A stretch of DNA of 11,974 nt from an uncultured Deinococcales bacterium (GCA_964247135.1 CAXTTL010000149.1:1-11974), one strand, 5' to 3'; positions 1 through 7,942 are shown, numbered from the stretch's first letter. Numbers and translations: made by a program. The notes: generated from the letters alone by a model not told the origin.

Positions 1-47
1 GAGCCTTTGACCTCACCTGAAAGTTTAGACTTTCTTGGTGCTGTCAT
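1..47 (-). CDS. 5' end of a gene running off the window (MTAPRKSKLSGEVKG...), product unknown
   Basis: ATG at 47-45 on the minus strand, open to the window edge. It is preceded by TAAGCT-N6, the leaderless geometry seen at the other genes. Only 15 codons are visible. Confidence 0.45.
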   Translation of the reverse strand, partial: MTAPRKSKLSGEVKG

Positions 48-109
48 GACACAAGCTTATTGATACCTTGAGAAATCAAAATATCATGTCCTAAACATTC
101 TCGAGCCGT

Positions 110-784
110 TTAAATTGTGTCTGCGAACAAACCTTGCGCCAAAAACCCAATAATCTCGAGGCTGGCTGCATCGATTTTATCGCCCATGATGGGTTTGATA
201 CCCGCGAACGCTTTTTCGTAACTTTTGACCGTCTCGAGCCAAGCTTTTTTGGTGGTGTACTCGAGCGTGGCTTTGCTCGGATTGTTGACGCGTTTAAACC
301 GTGCCGCCAAAACCGCGCTGGCTTTCTTGTATTCAGTTTGAATCTTGCTCGAGGTGAACGCCCCAGCTTTGGTGGTGGTCAGTTTGATTAATTTCTCGAG
401 ATGCAATTCGATGCTGGTCGCAAAGCGTGCCGGCATGTGCGCGAACATGGTGCCGCCGCCCGAAGTTTGGGATGCCAAATCGGATTCGGCAAGAATAAAA
501 TCCCACTCGAGTTTGCGCAGTTGAATCAGCCGCGCCTTCAGCTTGGGGAAATTTTGGAGTTTTGCCATACCCTGCGCGTTTTTACAATCCGCCCAGACGC
601 TTGCAGCCTGGTCTTGACCCGCCTCAGAACCGCCAAAATCGGTGCGCTTGCCGTACTCGGTCAAAAAATCATCGGGCAAAAATTTGAGGACAACATTGCA
701 AGCGGGTTTCCACTCGGCTTGTTGCTGCGCGAACACAACACCGAATAAAGCCAGCAAAACAATCAAAACCCGAGAAATCATCAT
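110..784 (-). CDS. Exported hypothetical protein (224 aa) with a Sec-type signal peptide
   Basis: Long ORF. N-terminus MMISRVLIVLLALFGVVFA/QQQ; two Cys; a GGGTMF motif loosely reminiscent of LprI/DUF1311 helical proteins (not established). TACACT-N6-ATG start. Confidence 0.75.
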   Translation of the reverse strand: MMISRVLIVLLALFGVVFAQQQAEWKPACNVVLKFLPDDFLTEYGKRTDFGGSEAGQDQAASVWADCKNAQGMAKLQNFPKLKARLIQLRKLEWDFILAESDLASQTSGGGTMFAHMPARFATSIELHLEKLIKLTTTKAGAFTSSKIQTEYKKASAVLAARFKRVNNPSKATLEYTTKKAWLETVKSYEKAFAGIKPIMGDKIDAASLEIIGFLAQGLFADTI

Positions 785-790
785 GCCTCG

Positions 791-796
791 AGTGTA
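791..796 (-). promoter_or_regulatory. -10 box TACACT for a leaderless transcript of 110..784
   Basis: TANNNT 6 nt upstream of ATG 784. It overlaps a CTCGAG (787-792) and a GTGTAA-N5-TTACAC inverted repeat. Confidence 0.6.
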
Positions 797-802
797 ACCG
801 AT

Positions 803-1576
803 TTACACCGCAGCGCTCATGCCACCATCGAAATTGATCGCGCAGCCCGAAACAAACGCCGCACGAGCACTGACCAAAAACGCAATCAAATCCGCGAATT
901 CCTCCGCTCGAGCCACGCGCCCAAGTGGAATGCCTTGCGCCAACCCCGCGTACACTTGCTCGAGCGTCTGCCCTGTGGCTGCCGCACGACGATTCCATTG
1001 ATCCGACTCGACCAGACCAATCATGATGCCATTCACCCGAATGTTGTCCTTGCCCAAATCCTTGCTCATCGCCTTCATCAGCGCCATTCCAGCCGCTCGA
1101 GACACGCTGGAAGGCATCGAACTGGCGGCAGGGGTTTTGCCACCCGTCGCCAAAATGTTGATGATGCTGCCACCACCCACCGCACGCAAATGCGGAATCA
1201 CCAACTTTGAGAGTCGGATTGCCGCATGAAATTTAAGGTCGAGGTCTTCAGCCCAGAGTTCGTCCGAAATGCTTTCAAACGGCATGGCGGCAGCTTTACC
1301 AGCATTGTTCACCAAGGCGTCAATCCTTCCAAAGTGCTGCATGGTCAAATCCACAAACTGCTTCAAATCCTCAAGCTTCGTGACGTCCGTCGTGACCGCC
1401 AGTGCCCGACCACCCGAGGCGTTGATGCCCTCCGCCACCGCCCGAAGTTTGTCCTGACCTCGAGCACAAATGGCAACACTTGCCCCCTCAAGCGCCAGTT
1501 TTTGCGCCGTTGCCGCGCCCAAACCATCCGAACCACCCGTGATGAGGACCACCTTATTTTGGAGTTCTAAATTCAT
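803..1576 (-). CDS. SDR family oxidoreductase (257 aa), atypical subgroup lacking YxxxK
   Basis: TGGSDGLG Rossmann motif, NNAG, IRVN, C-terminal DGG. The YxxxK position reads SSVSR. Start reassigned to MNLELQNK (1576) from typical SDR length and TAAACT-N5-ATG. Confidence 0.92.
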   Translation of the reverse strand: MNLELQNKVVLITGGSDGLGAATAQKLALEGASVAICARGQDKLRAVAEGINASGGRALAVTTDVTKLEDLKQFVDLTMQHFGRIDALVNNAGKAAAMPFESISDELWAEDLDLKFHAAIRLSKLVIPHLRAVGGGSIINILATGGKTPAASSMPSSVSRAAGMALMKAMSKDLGKDNIRVNGIMIGLVESDQWNRRAAATGQTLEQVYAGLAQGIPLGRVARAEEFADLIAFLVSARAAFVSGCAINFDGGMSAAV

Positions 1577-1581
1577 AAGAC

Positions 1582-1587
1582 AGTTTA
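1582..1587 (-). promoter_or_regulatory. -10 box TAAACT, leaderless SDR transcript
   Basis: TANNNT 5 nt upstream of ATG 1576, no SD. Confidence 0.65.
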
Positions 1588-1639
1588 ACGCCAAAATTGG
1601 TTTCACTCGAGATGCCCAAATAACTTCTTCACGAACGGG

Positions 1640-1645
1640 TATACT
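1640..1645 (+). promoter_or_regulatory. -10 box TATACT for rlmN
   Basis: Near-consensus hexamer 7 nt upstream of in-frame ATG 1653. Confidence 0.6.
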
Positions 1646-1657
1646 CCTCGAAATGCA

Positions 1658-1712
1658 GGGCGCAGCAAGCAGTGCCCCTACGAAATTGGGCACAGCCGCC
1701 CATACGGAATCA
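1658..1712 (-). repeat. Decayed tandem GTAG-family REP array at the rlmN 5' end
   Basis: The reverse complement of 1658-1681 is GTAG-GGGCAC-TGCTTGCT-GCGCCC. It is followed by a shortened direct copy GGGCACAGC-CGCCCATACGGAATC (1688-1711) and a GGGCA stub. Confidence 0.65.
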
Positions 1713-1724
1713 GGGCAAATTTTT

Positions 1725-2759
1725 ATGACTTACCTCCTAGACCACCACCCAGACCAATACCCGCTCGAGTCATACCGCCGCAAGCAATTGCTGGAATGGG
1801 TGTTCAAACACGGCATCTCGAGTTTTGGTGAAATCTCGAACCTGCCCAAAACGGCGATTGCGTTTCTCGAGGAAAACTTTGAGTTAACCGCATTCCCGAA
1901 AGTGGAGGTTTTTCCCAGCACCGACGGCTCGAGCAAGTATTTGTTTACGCTGCGCGACGGCAAGCAGATGGAAGCCGTTTTAATGCCTTACCAGGACCGC
2001 GTGACGATTTGCGTCTCGACGATGGTCGGATGCCCTGCGGGTTGCGCCTTTTGCGCGACTGGACGCATGGGTTTTGGGCGCAACCTGACGGCTGGTGAAA
2101 TTGTCGAACAGGTGCTGGTGGCAGCTCGAGATCAGGAACTTGCGCCCACCGAAATTCGCAATTTGGTCTTCATGGGCATGGGCGAACCGCTTTTAAATTA
2201 CGACAACACGCTCGAGGCAGCCCGAATTTTACTGCATCCTGACGGGCTTGGCATGAGTCAACGCCGCGTGACGCTCTCCACGGTTGGACTGCCCGATAAA
2301 ATTGTCAAACTCGCCAGTGAAGATGTTACGGTCAAGCTTGCCATCAGTTTGCACGCCCCAGACGAAGAAACCCGCAAGCAAATCATTCCCACCGCGCACG
2401 CGCACACCATCGAAGCCATTCTGGAATCGGCAAGGGAATACCAACGCGCTTCGGGACGCCGCGTGACCCTCGAGTACGCGATGCTGGCAGGCGTGAACGA
2501 CGCGATCTGGCAAGCCGAACTGCTCGCGGACATCCTGCGAGGGCTGGTGTCACACGTCAACCTGATCCCGATGAACCCTTGGGCGGAATCGGGTTTTAGA
2601 AGCTCATCAGAGACCCGAATTCAAGAATTTTACGACACCCTGCAAGCCCGAGGTGTGCCTGTCAGCGTGCGCCGCTCGAGGGGACGGGATGCGGGGGCGG
2701 CGTGTGGGCAGTTGGCGATTGCGAAAACGCCACGGGTGATCTCGAGCGATGGGGTTTGA
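1725..2759 (+). CDS. rlmN: 23S rRNA (A2503-C2)/tRNA methyltransferase RlmN, radical SAM (344 aa; possible alternative start at 1653, 368 aa)
   Basis: TICVS (resolving Cys), CPAGCAFC (CxxxCxxC), MGMGEP, SLHAP, NLIP and AACGQL (methyl-carrier Cys). Confidence 0.95.
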   Translation: MTYLLDHHPDQYPLESYRRKQLLEWVFKHGISSFGEISNLPKTAIAFLEENFELTAFPKVEVFPSTDGSSKYLFTLRDGKQMEAVLMPYQDRVTICVSTMVGCPAGCAFCATGRMGFGRNLTAGEIVEQVLVAARDQELAPTEIRNLVFMGMGEPLLNYDNTLEAARILLHPDGLGMSQRRVTLSTVGLPDKIVKLASEDVTVKLAISLHAPDEETRKQIIPTAHAHTIEAILESAREYQRASGRRVTLEYAMLAGVNDAIWQAELLADILRGLVSHVNLIPMNPWAESGFRSSSETRIQEFYDTLQARGVPVSVRRSRGRDAGAACGQLAIAKTPRVISSDGV

Positions 2760-2760
2760 A

Positions 2761-3285
2761 TTACTGATCGCCGCTGGCTCGAGGTTTTGAACGCATCCTG
2801 AAAAAAGCAAAAATCAATGCCAGCAACGTGATGACGATTGGCACAAGGAAAATCAGCAGCAGCGAAGGCGTTGTTGGCGTTACGGTTCTGGCTTTGGTCG
2901 CTGCCCAAACCCAGGAGGCAATATTGAGGTTGGCAGGTCGGGGCAGGTCGCCTTTGAAACTGTAACGAAGCGCCTCTTGCGGGAAGGTACGGTCAACAAT
3001 GCCCAACTGGTACGACCCTGGCGGGACACTCAGCACAGCTTCGTACCGTCCAGGCAGGGTTTCTTTGAGTTTGATGGTTTGAACAGGGTCGTTGCTATTA
3101 AGGGCTTGAATCTCGAGGTCGATGATTGCCCCAGTGATTGCCGATCCGCTGTCCGCGCCCAACAAATTGACTTGCAATTGCGACGTTGCGGCTGTCGGGA
3201 ACGATGCCAGCACCCGAACAGGCTCGAGGTGCGCGAGGGCAAGCCCAGACAGGAGCATGAGCAAAACAACCAAAAATGGCTTCAT
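2761..3285 (-). CDS. Exported, C-terminally membrane-anchored protein with a YtkA/FixH-like beta domain and probable mature His1 (174 aa)
   Basis: Signal peptide MKPFLVVLLMLLSGLALA/H; LKETLPGRYEAVLSVPPGSYQLGI resembles YtkA-like domains; Thr/Pro linker, TM helix, basic tail RMRSKPR. TATGCT-N7-ATG supports the start at 3285. Confidence 0.7.
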   Translation of the reverse strand: MKPFLVVLLMLLSGLALAHLEPVRVLASFPTAATSQLQVNLLGADSGSAITGAIIDLEIQALNSNDPVQTIKLKETLPGRYEAVLSVPPGSYQLGIVDRTFPQEALRYSFKGDLPRPANLNIASWVWAATKARTVTPTTPSLLLIFLVPIVITLLALIFAFFRMRSKPRASGDQ

Positions 3286-3292
3286 GGCTTTG

Positions 3293-3298
3293 AGCATA
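3293..3298 (-). promoter_or_regulatory. -10 box TATGCT, internal leaderless start just after the xdhC stop
   Basis: TANNNT 7 nt upstream of ATG 3285. Confidence 0.5.
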
Positions 3299-3307
3299 CA
3301 ATCAGGT

Positions 3308-4123
3308 TCAACCCAGGCTTTCAACAAACTCGAGCATCGTTAAGAGTTGCGCGGCAACGGCAATGGCGATCACTTCGGGTTGCTTGCCGCGAATGCCAGG
3401 CACACCAATCGGCGTGGTCACTCGAGAGAGGTCGGCATCCGTAAAACCCCTGGCTTTTAACTGCGTTTGAAACCGCGTCCATTTGGCACTCGAGCCGATC
3501 AAACCAATGTATTTCAGGTCTGGGCGGTGCAATGCCGTCTCGAGAATCGTGATGTCTTCGCTGTGATCGTGTGTCAAAATCAAAACAAACGCTCCAGGTT
3601 TCAGCTCAGACATGACAAATTCGGGTGATGGATGTGGGAAGTTGAATGTGCGAATCTGAGCGATGCTCGAGAATCCTGTGAAGCGCGTGGTTTCCAGCAT
3701 GTCGCTTCGAGAATCGATGAGTAAAAGCTCGAGCGGCAACGCCGAGAGAATTCGCACCAACGCCAACCCCACATGTCCCACCCCAAAAATCGCCACCTGA
3801 GATCGTTCTGGAATCATCGGCTCGAGCAACAATTTCACCTCTCCCCCGCAGCATTGCACCCCAAATTCGGCAACCGCTTTTTCGGTCAAAGTCACCTCGA
3901 GAAACTCTGGAATTCGAGCAACACGCTCCAGCATCACTCGAGCTTTTTTGACCGCCACCGCCTCGAGATTCCCACCGCCCACACTGCCAAAAACCGCATC
4001 TCGAGAGACGATCATTTTTGCGCCCGCCGACCTTGGACTGTGACCCCGAACACTGGCAACCGTCACCATGACGCAAGATTCACCCCGAGCATTAAAATTT
4101 TTTAGCACCTCGAGCCAGTACAT
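3308..4123 (-). CDS. xdhC: Xanthine dehydrogenase accessory protein XdhC (Moco sulfuration/insertion)
   Basis: GHSPRSAGAKM, GSVGGGNLE, QCCGG, FGVGHVG, LTHDHSED, YIGLIGSSAK and PEVIAIAVAAQL. Directly downstream of xdhB, with SD GAGGGG. Confidence 0.93.
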   Translation of the reverse strand: MYWLEVLKNFNARGESCVMVTVASVRGHSPRSAGAKMIVSRDAVFGSVGGGNLEAVAVKKARVMLERVARIPEFLEVTLTEKAVAEFGVQCCGGEVKLLLEPMIPERSQVAIFGVGHVGLALVRILSALPLELLLIDSRSDMLETTRFTGFSSIAQIRTFNFPHPSPEFVMSELKPGAFVLILTHDHSEDITILETALHRPDLKYIGLIGSSAKWTRFQTQLKARGFTDADLSRVTTPIGVPGIRGKQPEVIAIAVAAQLLTMLEFVESLG

Positions 4124-4151
4124 CTTAGCCCCTCAACGTCTAGCCAAAACT

Positions 4152-4190
4152 CCCTTCTCCCGCTGGCGGGAGAAGGGTCGGGGATGAGGG
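4152..4190 (-). repeat. BoxC-like palindromic element (CCCTCATCCCCGACCCTTCTCCCGC-CA-GCGGGAGAAGGG)
   Basis: Perfect 12-bp arms 4152-4163/4166-4177 plus a pyrimidine-rich CCCTCATCCCCGA leader on the minus strand, 6 nt after the xdhB stop. Confidence 0.75.
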
Positions 4191-4196
4191 TGGCAT

Positions 4197-6494
4197 TCAA
4201 ACACGTTCCACTTCTCGAGCCGCATCTTTCACCAGTTCGATTGCGTTTAAAATCGCCTCTGGCGTGCTCGGGGCAGCCAACTTGACTTCCAACCCCCCAA
4301 AGCTCGAGATGGCATCTTTTAAAGCTCCACGGACGCTGATGGCAAGCATCAGTGGTGGTTCGCCCACGGCTTTGGAACCGAAAACGGCTTTGTCTTCGGT
4401 GGCTCGAGGCAGCAGGTCAACATGAAACTCGAGTGGAATGTCGGCGAGGGTCGGGATTTTGTAGGTGCTCGGCGCGAAGGTGCGAAGTTTGCCCGTGTCG
4501 TCCCAAACGAGTTCTTCCATCGTCAGCCAGCCCATGCCTTGAACAAATCCGCCCTCGACTTGTCCGCGATCCACGAGCGGGTTGATGCTGTCGCCGCAAT
4601 CGTGCAGAATGTCGGCGCGGCGCAAATGCCACATGCCGGTTAAGGAATCGAGTTCGACTTCGCTGACGGCAGCACCCCAGGCAAAGTACCTGAATGGTTC
4701 GCCGCGACCTGCAATTTTGTCGTAATGAATTTCTGGCGTGCGAAAAAACCCTGTGCTCGAGAGTGAAACCCGCTCAAGATAGGCTTTCAAAACCACTTTT
4801 TCAAACTCGATTTTTTGATCATGATGTACCGCAAAACCGTTTTCAAACTGTACCTCGTCGCTCAAGCAGCCCAGCATTTCGGCGGCGATTGGCGCGAGTC
4901 GTTCGCGCAAAACCTCGCAAGCATTTTTTACGGCGGCACCGTTCAAGTCCGTGCCACTCGAGGCGGCGGTGGCGCTGGTGTTTGGCACTTTGTCGGTGCG
5001 GGTTGGCATGACCCGAACTTGCTCGAGCTTGACGCCCAAAGTTTGCGCGGCGATTTGCGCGATTTTGGTGTGCAAGCCTTGTCCCATTTCTGTGCCGCCG
5101 TGGTTGACTTGAACGCTGCCATCGCTGTAAATCAGTACGAGTGCACCGGCTTGATTTAAAAAAGTGGTGGTGAAACTGATGCCAAACTTAACAGGTGTGA
5201 TCGCCATACCACGTCGCAAAAACGGGTGACTCGAGTTGAATTTTTTAACCTCGACTTGACGGTTTTCAAAGTCGCTCGAGGTTTTTAAGCTTTGCCAGAT
5301 GTTTTGAATTCGCACATCCGAAATGGTTTGCCCGTAATGCGTGGTGTGTTGCTCGAGTGAATTTTCGTTGTAAAAATTGAGTTCCCGCACCACTTCAGGG
5401 CGCTGGTTTGTGGCTCGAGCGACAGCATCCAGAATGTCTTCAATCAAGACCATGCCTTGTGGTCCACCAAACCCCCGAAACGCCGTGTGCGAGGTGACGT
5501 TGGTCTTGCAAACAAAACCCTTGACCATCAGGTTTGGAATAAAATACGCGTTGTCGCAGTGAAACATGGCGCGGGAAACGATGGCTTCGGACAAATCCAA
5601 ACTCCAACCGCCATCGGCGTAAATCTCGAGTTGTAACGCCTCGAGTTTGCCGTTTTGATCGAAACCCACACGGTACTTGCCGAGCATTGGGTGGCGTTTT
5701 CCAGTCAATTGCATGTCCATGTGTCTGGTCAGTCGAACGCGAACGGGGCGTTTGGTTTTGAGCGCCACGACTGCCGCCACCGCCGCGTAAGGATTGGCTT
5801 GAGATTCCTTGCCGCCAAACCCGCCACCCATCCGCAAACTTTGCACGCTGACCTTGTGTCGCGCCCAGCCGAGCACGTGCGCGACAACCGCTTGGGTCTC
5901 AGACGGGTGTTGGGTGCTCGAGTGAACAGTCATGCAGCCGTCCTCGTCCAGAAACGCAAGGCTGGCTTGCGTCTCGAGGTAAAAATGATCTTGACCACCG
6001 ACCAGAATTTCACCCTCGAGCGTCAGGGTTTGCGCCAGAATTTCGTCTGGCTGACCGCGCAGAATGGTCAACGGTTCGGTGTGATACGACAGCGCATCAA
6101 TCGCGTTTTGAATGCCCAAAATCGGCTCGAGGATTTCGTACTCGGGTTTGATCCGCGCCGCGCCCGCTCGAGCCGCATCGTCGGTTTCGGCAATCACCCA
6201 AGCGAGGGCTTGCCCAAAGTACATCACCTCGCTCGAGAGCAATGGTTCGTCGTGTTTGACCGCGCCCGTGTTGTTCTCGCCTGGAATGTCCGCTTCGGTC
6301 AGCACCGTCACCACACCCACCACCTCGAGCGCAGCAGCAACCTCGAGTTTTACAACCTTGGCTTTCGCGTGAATGGCTTGAACTGGGTACGCCACCAGCA
6401 CGCCTTTCATGTCCAAATCGGCGGTGTATTTTGCCACACCCGTAACATGCAGTTTTGCACTTTCGTGCGTCAAACTTTTCCCCACAGCTTTCAT
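4197..6494 (-). CDS. xdhB: Xanthine dehydrogenase molybdopterin-binding subunit
   Basis: QDHFYLE, GGGFGGKE, AFRGFGGPQG, GTEMGQG, SATAASSG, GQVEGG and SKAVGEPP (catalytic Glu). ATGA overlap with xdhA. Confidence 0.96.
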   Translation of the reverse strand: MKAVGKSLTHESAKLHVTGVAKYTADLDMKGVLVAYPVQAIHAKAKVVKLEVAAALEVVGVVTVLTEADIPGENNTGAVKHDEPLLSSEVMYFGQALAWVIAETDDAARAGAARIKPEYEILEPILGIQNAIDALSYHTEPLTILRGQPDEILAQTLTLEGEILVGGQDHFYLETQASLAFLDEDGCMTVHSSTQHPSETQAVVAHVLGWARHKVSVQSLRMGGGFGGKESQANPYAAVAAVVALKTKRPVRVRLTRHMDMQLTGKRHPMLGKYRVGFDQNGKLEALQLEIYADGGWSLDLSEAIVSRAMFHCDNAYFIPNLMVKGFVCKTNVTSHTAFRGFGGPQGMVLIEDILDAVARATNQRPEVVRELNFYNENSLEQHTTHYGQTISDVRIQNIWQSLKTSSDFENRQVEVKKFNSSHPFLRRGMAITPVKFGISFTTTFLNQAGALVLIYSDGSVQVNHGGTEMGQGLHTKIAQIAAQTLGVKLEQVRVMPTRTDKVPNTSATAASSGTDLNGAAVKNACEVLRERLAPIAAEMLGCLSDEVQFENGFAVHHDQKIEFEKVVLKAYLERVSLSSTGFFRTPEIHYDKIAGRGEPFRYFAWGAAVSEVELDSLTGMWHLRRADILHDCGDSINPLVDRGQVEGGFVQGMGWLTMEELVWDDTGKLRTFAPSTYKIPTLADIPLEFHVDLLPRATEDKAVFGSKAVGEPPLMLAISVRGALKDAISSFGGLEVKLAAPSTPEAILNAIELVKDAAREVERV

Positions 6495-7942
6495 GCGTTC
6501 ACCCCAGCATTCTCGAGCCAGAATTTCTCGAGTAAATTGGGAATGATTCTGGCGCGGTAACTGGCACTCGCACGAGCGTCGGAAATGGGTTTAAACTCGA
6601 GCGCCAGAACTTTCTTGGCGCTTTCGACAGTGGCATGATTCCAGGCTTGACCGATCAGCGTTCTCTCAGTCTCGAGCGCCCGAATGGGGGTGACTGCCAC
6701 ACCACCAAACGCCAATCGCGCTTTGGTCACAAGATTGTTTTCCGTCTCGAGGTGAAATGCCGCCATGACGGTGCTGATGTCGTCGTGACCGCGTTTGGCG
6801 ATTTTGTACATGGCTTGCAATTGTTGTTTGGAAGCCTGACCATGTAGGGGCGAGGCGTGCCTCGCCCCTACGGGATTGGTCACCCCAACATTCTCGAGCG
6901 GAATCCGAATGGTTTTGATCAATTCAAATGGCTCGAGCATCGTTTTTCGGTAGCCCAGAAAATAACCCGAGAGTGGCACAATCCGTTCTCCCCTGCTCGA
7001 AACCAGCACCAGCTCCGCCTCGAGTGCCAGCAAGACCACGGGCGCGTCACCGATTGGCGATGCCGTGCCGAGGTTGCCGCCCAGAGTGGCGCGGTTGCGA
7101 ATTTGACGCGAAGCAAACCAAGTCCAGAGTTCATTCAGCAGCGGAACCCGCAATTCAGTCTCGAGTCTGGAAAGTGGTACACCAGCGCCGATCTCGAGGA
7201 AAGCTTGTGACTCCCGAATCTCGAGCAGTTCGGGGCAAGCCTCGAGCGAGATCAGGTTTTCAAATTTCTTGAACGCCGTCGTGATCTCGAGCGCCATGTC
7301 TGTACCGCCAGCAATCACGCGGGCGTTGGGCAGTGTCTCGAGCAAGTGCAACGCTTCGGATAGCGTGTCAGGGCGGTGAAATCCATTCATTGAAAAAGCG
7401 GGTTTGCGGACACTCGAGGTTTTGAGTCGCTCGAGGAACGGGTCGTTTGGATTTGGTTTGGGCAGGGCGTGGGCGGCTTCACGAATTGGTCTGTAACCCG
7501 TGCAACGACAGAGGTTTCCGACCAAGGCGGCTTCGTCAAACCTTGGGTTGCCAGCATAATTTTCGCTAAACATGCTCATGACAAAACCTGGGGTGCAATA
7601 GCCGCATTGACTGCCGCCAGCGCTGGACATGGCGTTTTGAACCGCGTGAAGCGCCTCGGGTTGCCCAATCCCCTCAGCCGTCCAGACCTCGAGTCCGACC
7701 GCCGTGGCTGCCAGCATCAGGCAAGAATTCACGGCTTGATACTGGGGTTTGCCGCTGGCGTCTGGGGTTAACACCGCAACTGTACACGCGCCGCAATCGC
7801 CCTCCGCGCAGCCTTCTTTGGTTCCCGTCAAACCGCTTTCACGAATAAAATTTAAGAGCGTGGTGTTGTGATCCAGACCCTCGAGCGAGACTGAAACGCC
7901 GTTCAGTGAGAAATGGGTGGCGTGTTGAATTTGATCTGTCAT
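6491..7942 (-). CDS. xdhA: Xanthine dehydrogenase small subunit (2x[2Fe-2S] + FAD)
   Basis: GTKEGCAEGDCGAC, QCGYCTPG, GNLCRCTGY, AGGTD, QIRNRATLGGN and SDARASASYR. Confidence 0.95.
   Translation of the reverse strand: MTDQIQHATHFSLNGVSVSLEGLDHNTTLLNFIRESGLTGTKEGCAEGDCGACTVAVLTPDASGKPQYQAVNSCLMLAATAVGLEVWTAEGIGQPEALHAVQNAMSSAGGSQCGYCTPGFVMSMFSENYAGNPRFDEAALVGNLCRCTGYRPIREAAHALPKPNPNDPFLERLKTSSVRKPAFSMNGFHRPDTLSEALHLLETLPNARVIAGGTDMALEITTAFKKFENLISLEACPELLEIRESQAFLEIGAGVPLSRLETELRVPLLNELWTWFASRQIRNRATLGGNLGTASPIGDAPVVLLALEAELVLVSSRGERIVPLSGYFLGYRKTMLEPFELIKTIRIPLENVGVTNPVGARHASPLHGQASKQQLQAMYKIAKRGHDDISTVMAAFHLETENNLVTKARLAFGGVAVTPIRALETERTLIGQAWNHATVESAKKVLALEFKPISDARASASYRARIIPNLLEKFWLENAGVNA
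6844..6871. repeat. GTAG-family REP palindrome inside the xdhA coding sequence
   Basis: GTAGGGGCGAGGC-GT-GCCTCGCCCCTAC, perfect 13-bp arms, translated as VGARHASPL. Confidence 0.85.

Noticed and set aside
1-63. Plus-strand open frame EPLTSPESLDFLGAVMTQAY* as a gene 3' end
   Set aside because: Cannot be excluded, but the minus-strand leaderless start at 47 fits the local pattern better.
1470-1652. ORF-track N-terminal extension of rlmN from 1470
   Set aside because: It overlaps the SDR gene on the opposite strand and the shared promoter region; RlmN similarity begins near 1725.
1577-1693. ORF-track N-terminal extension of the SDR ([12 protein letters not shown]...)
   Set aside because: It is the antisense translation of the REP and promoter DNA; a -10 box directly precedes ATG 1576.
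1725-2759. Cfr-type resistance methyltransferase
   Set aside because: The MGMGEP motif, overall RlmN-like sequence and chromosomal housekeeping context favour RlmN.
5655-6560. 301-aa plus-strand ORF
   Set aside because: Antisense shadow of xdhB/xdhA with no recognisable motifs. The same applies to 11197-11931, 10623-11228 and 8033-8542.
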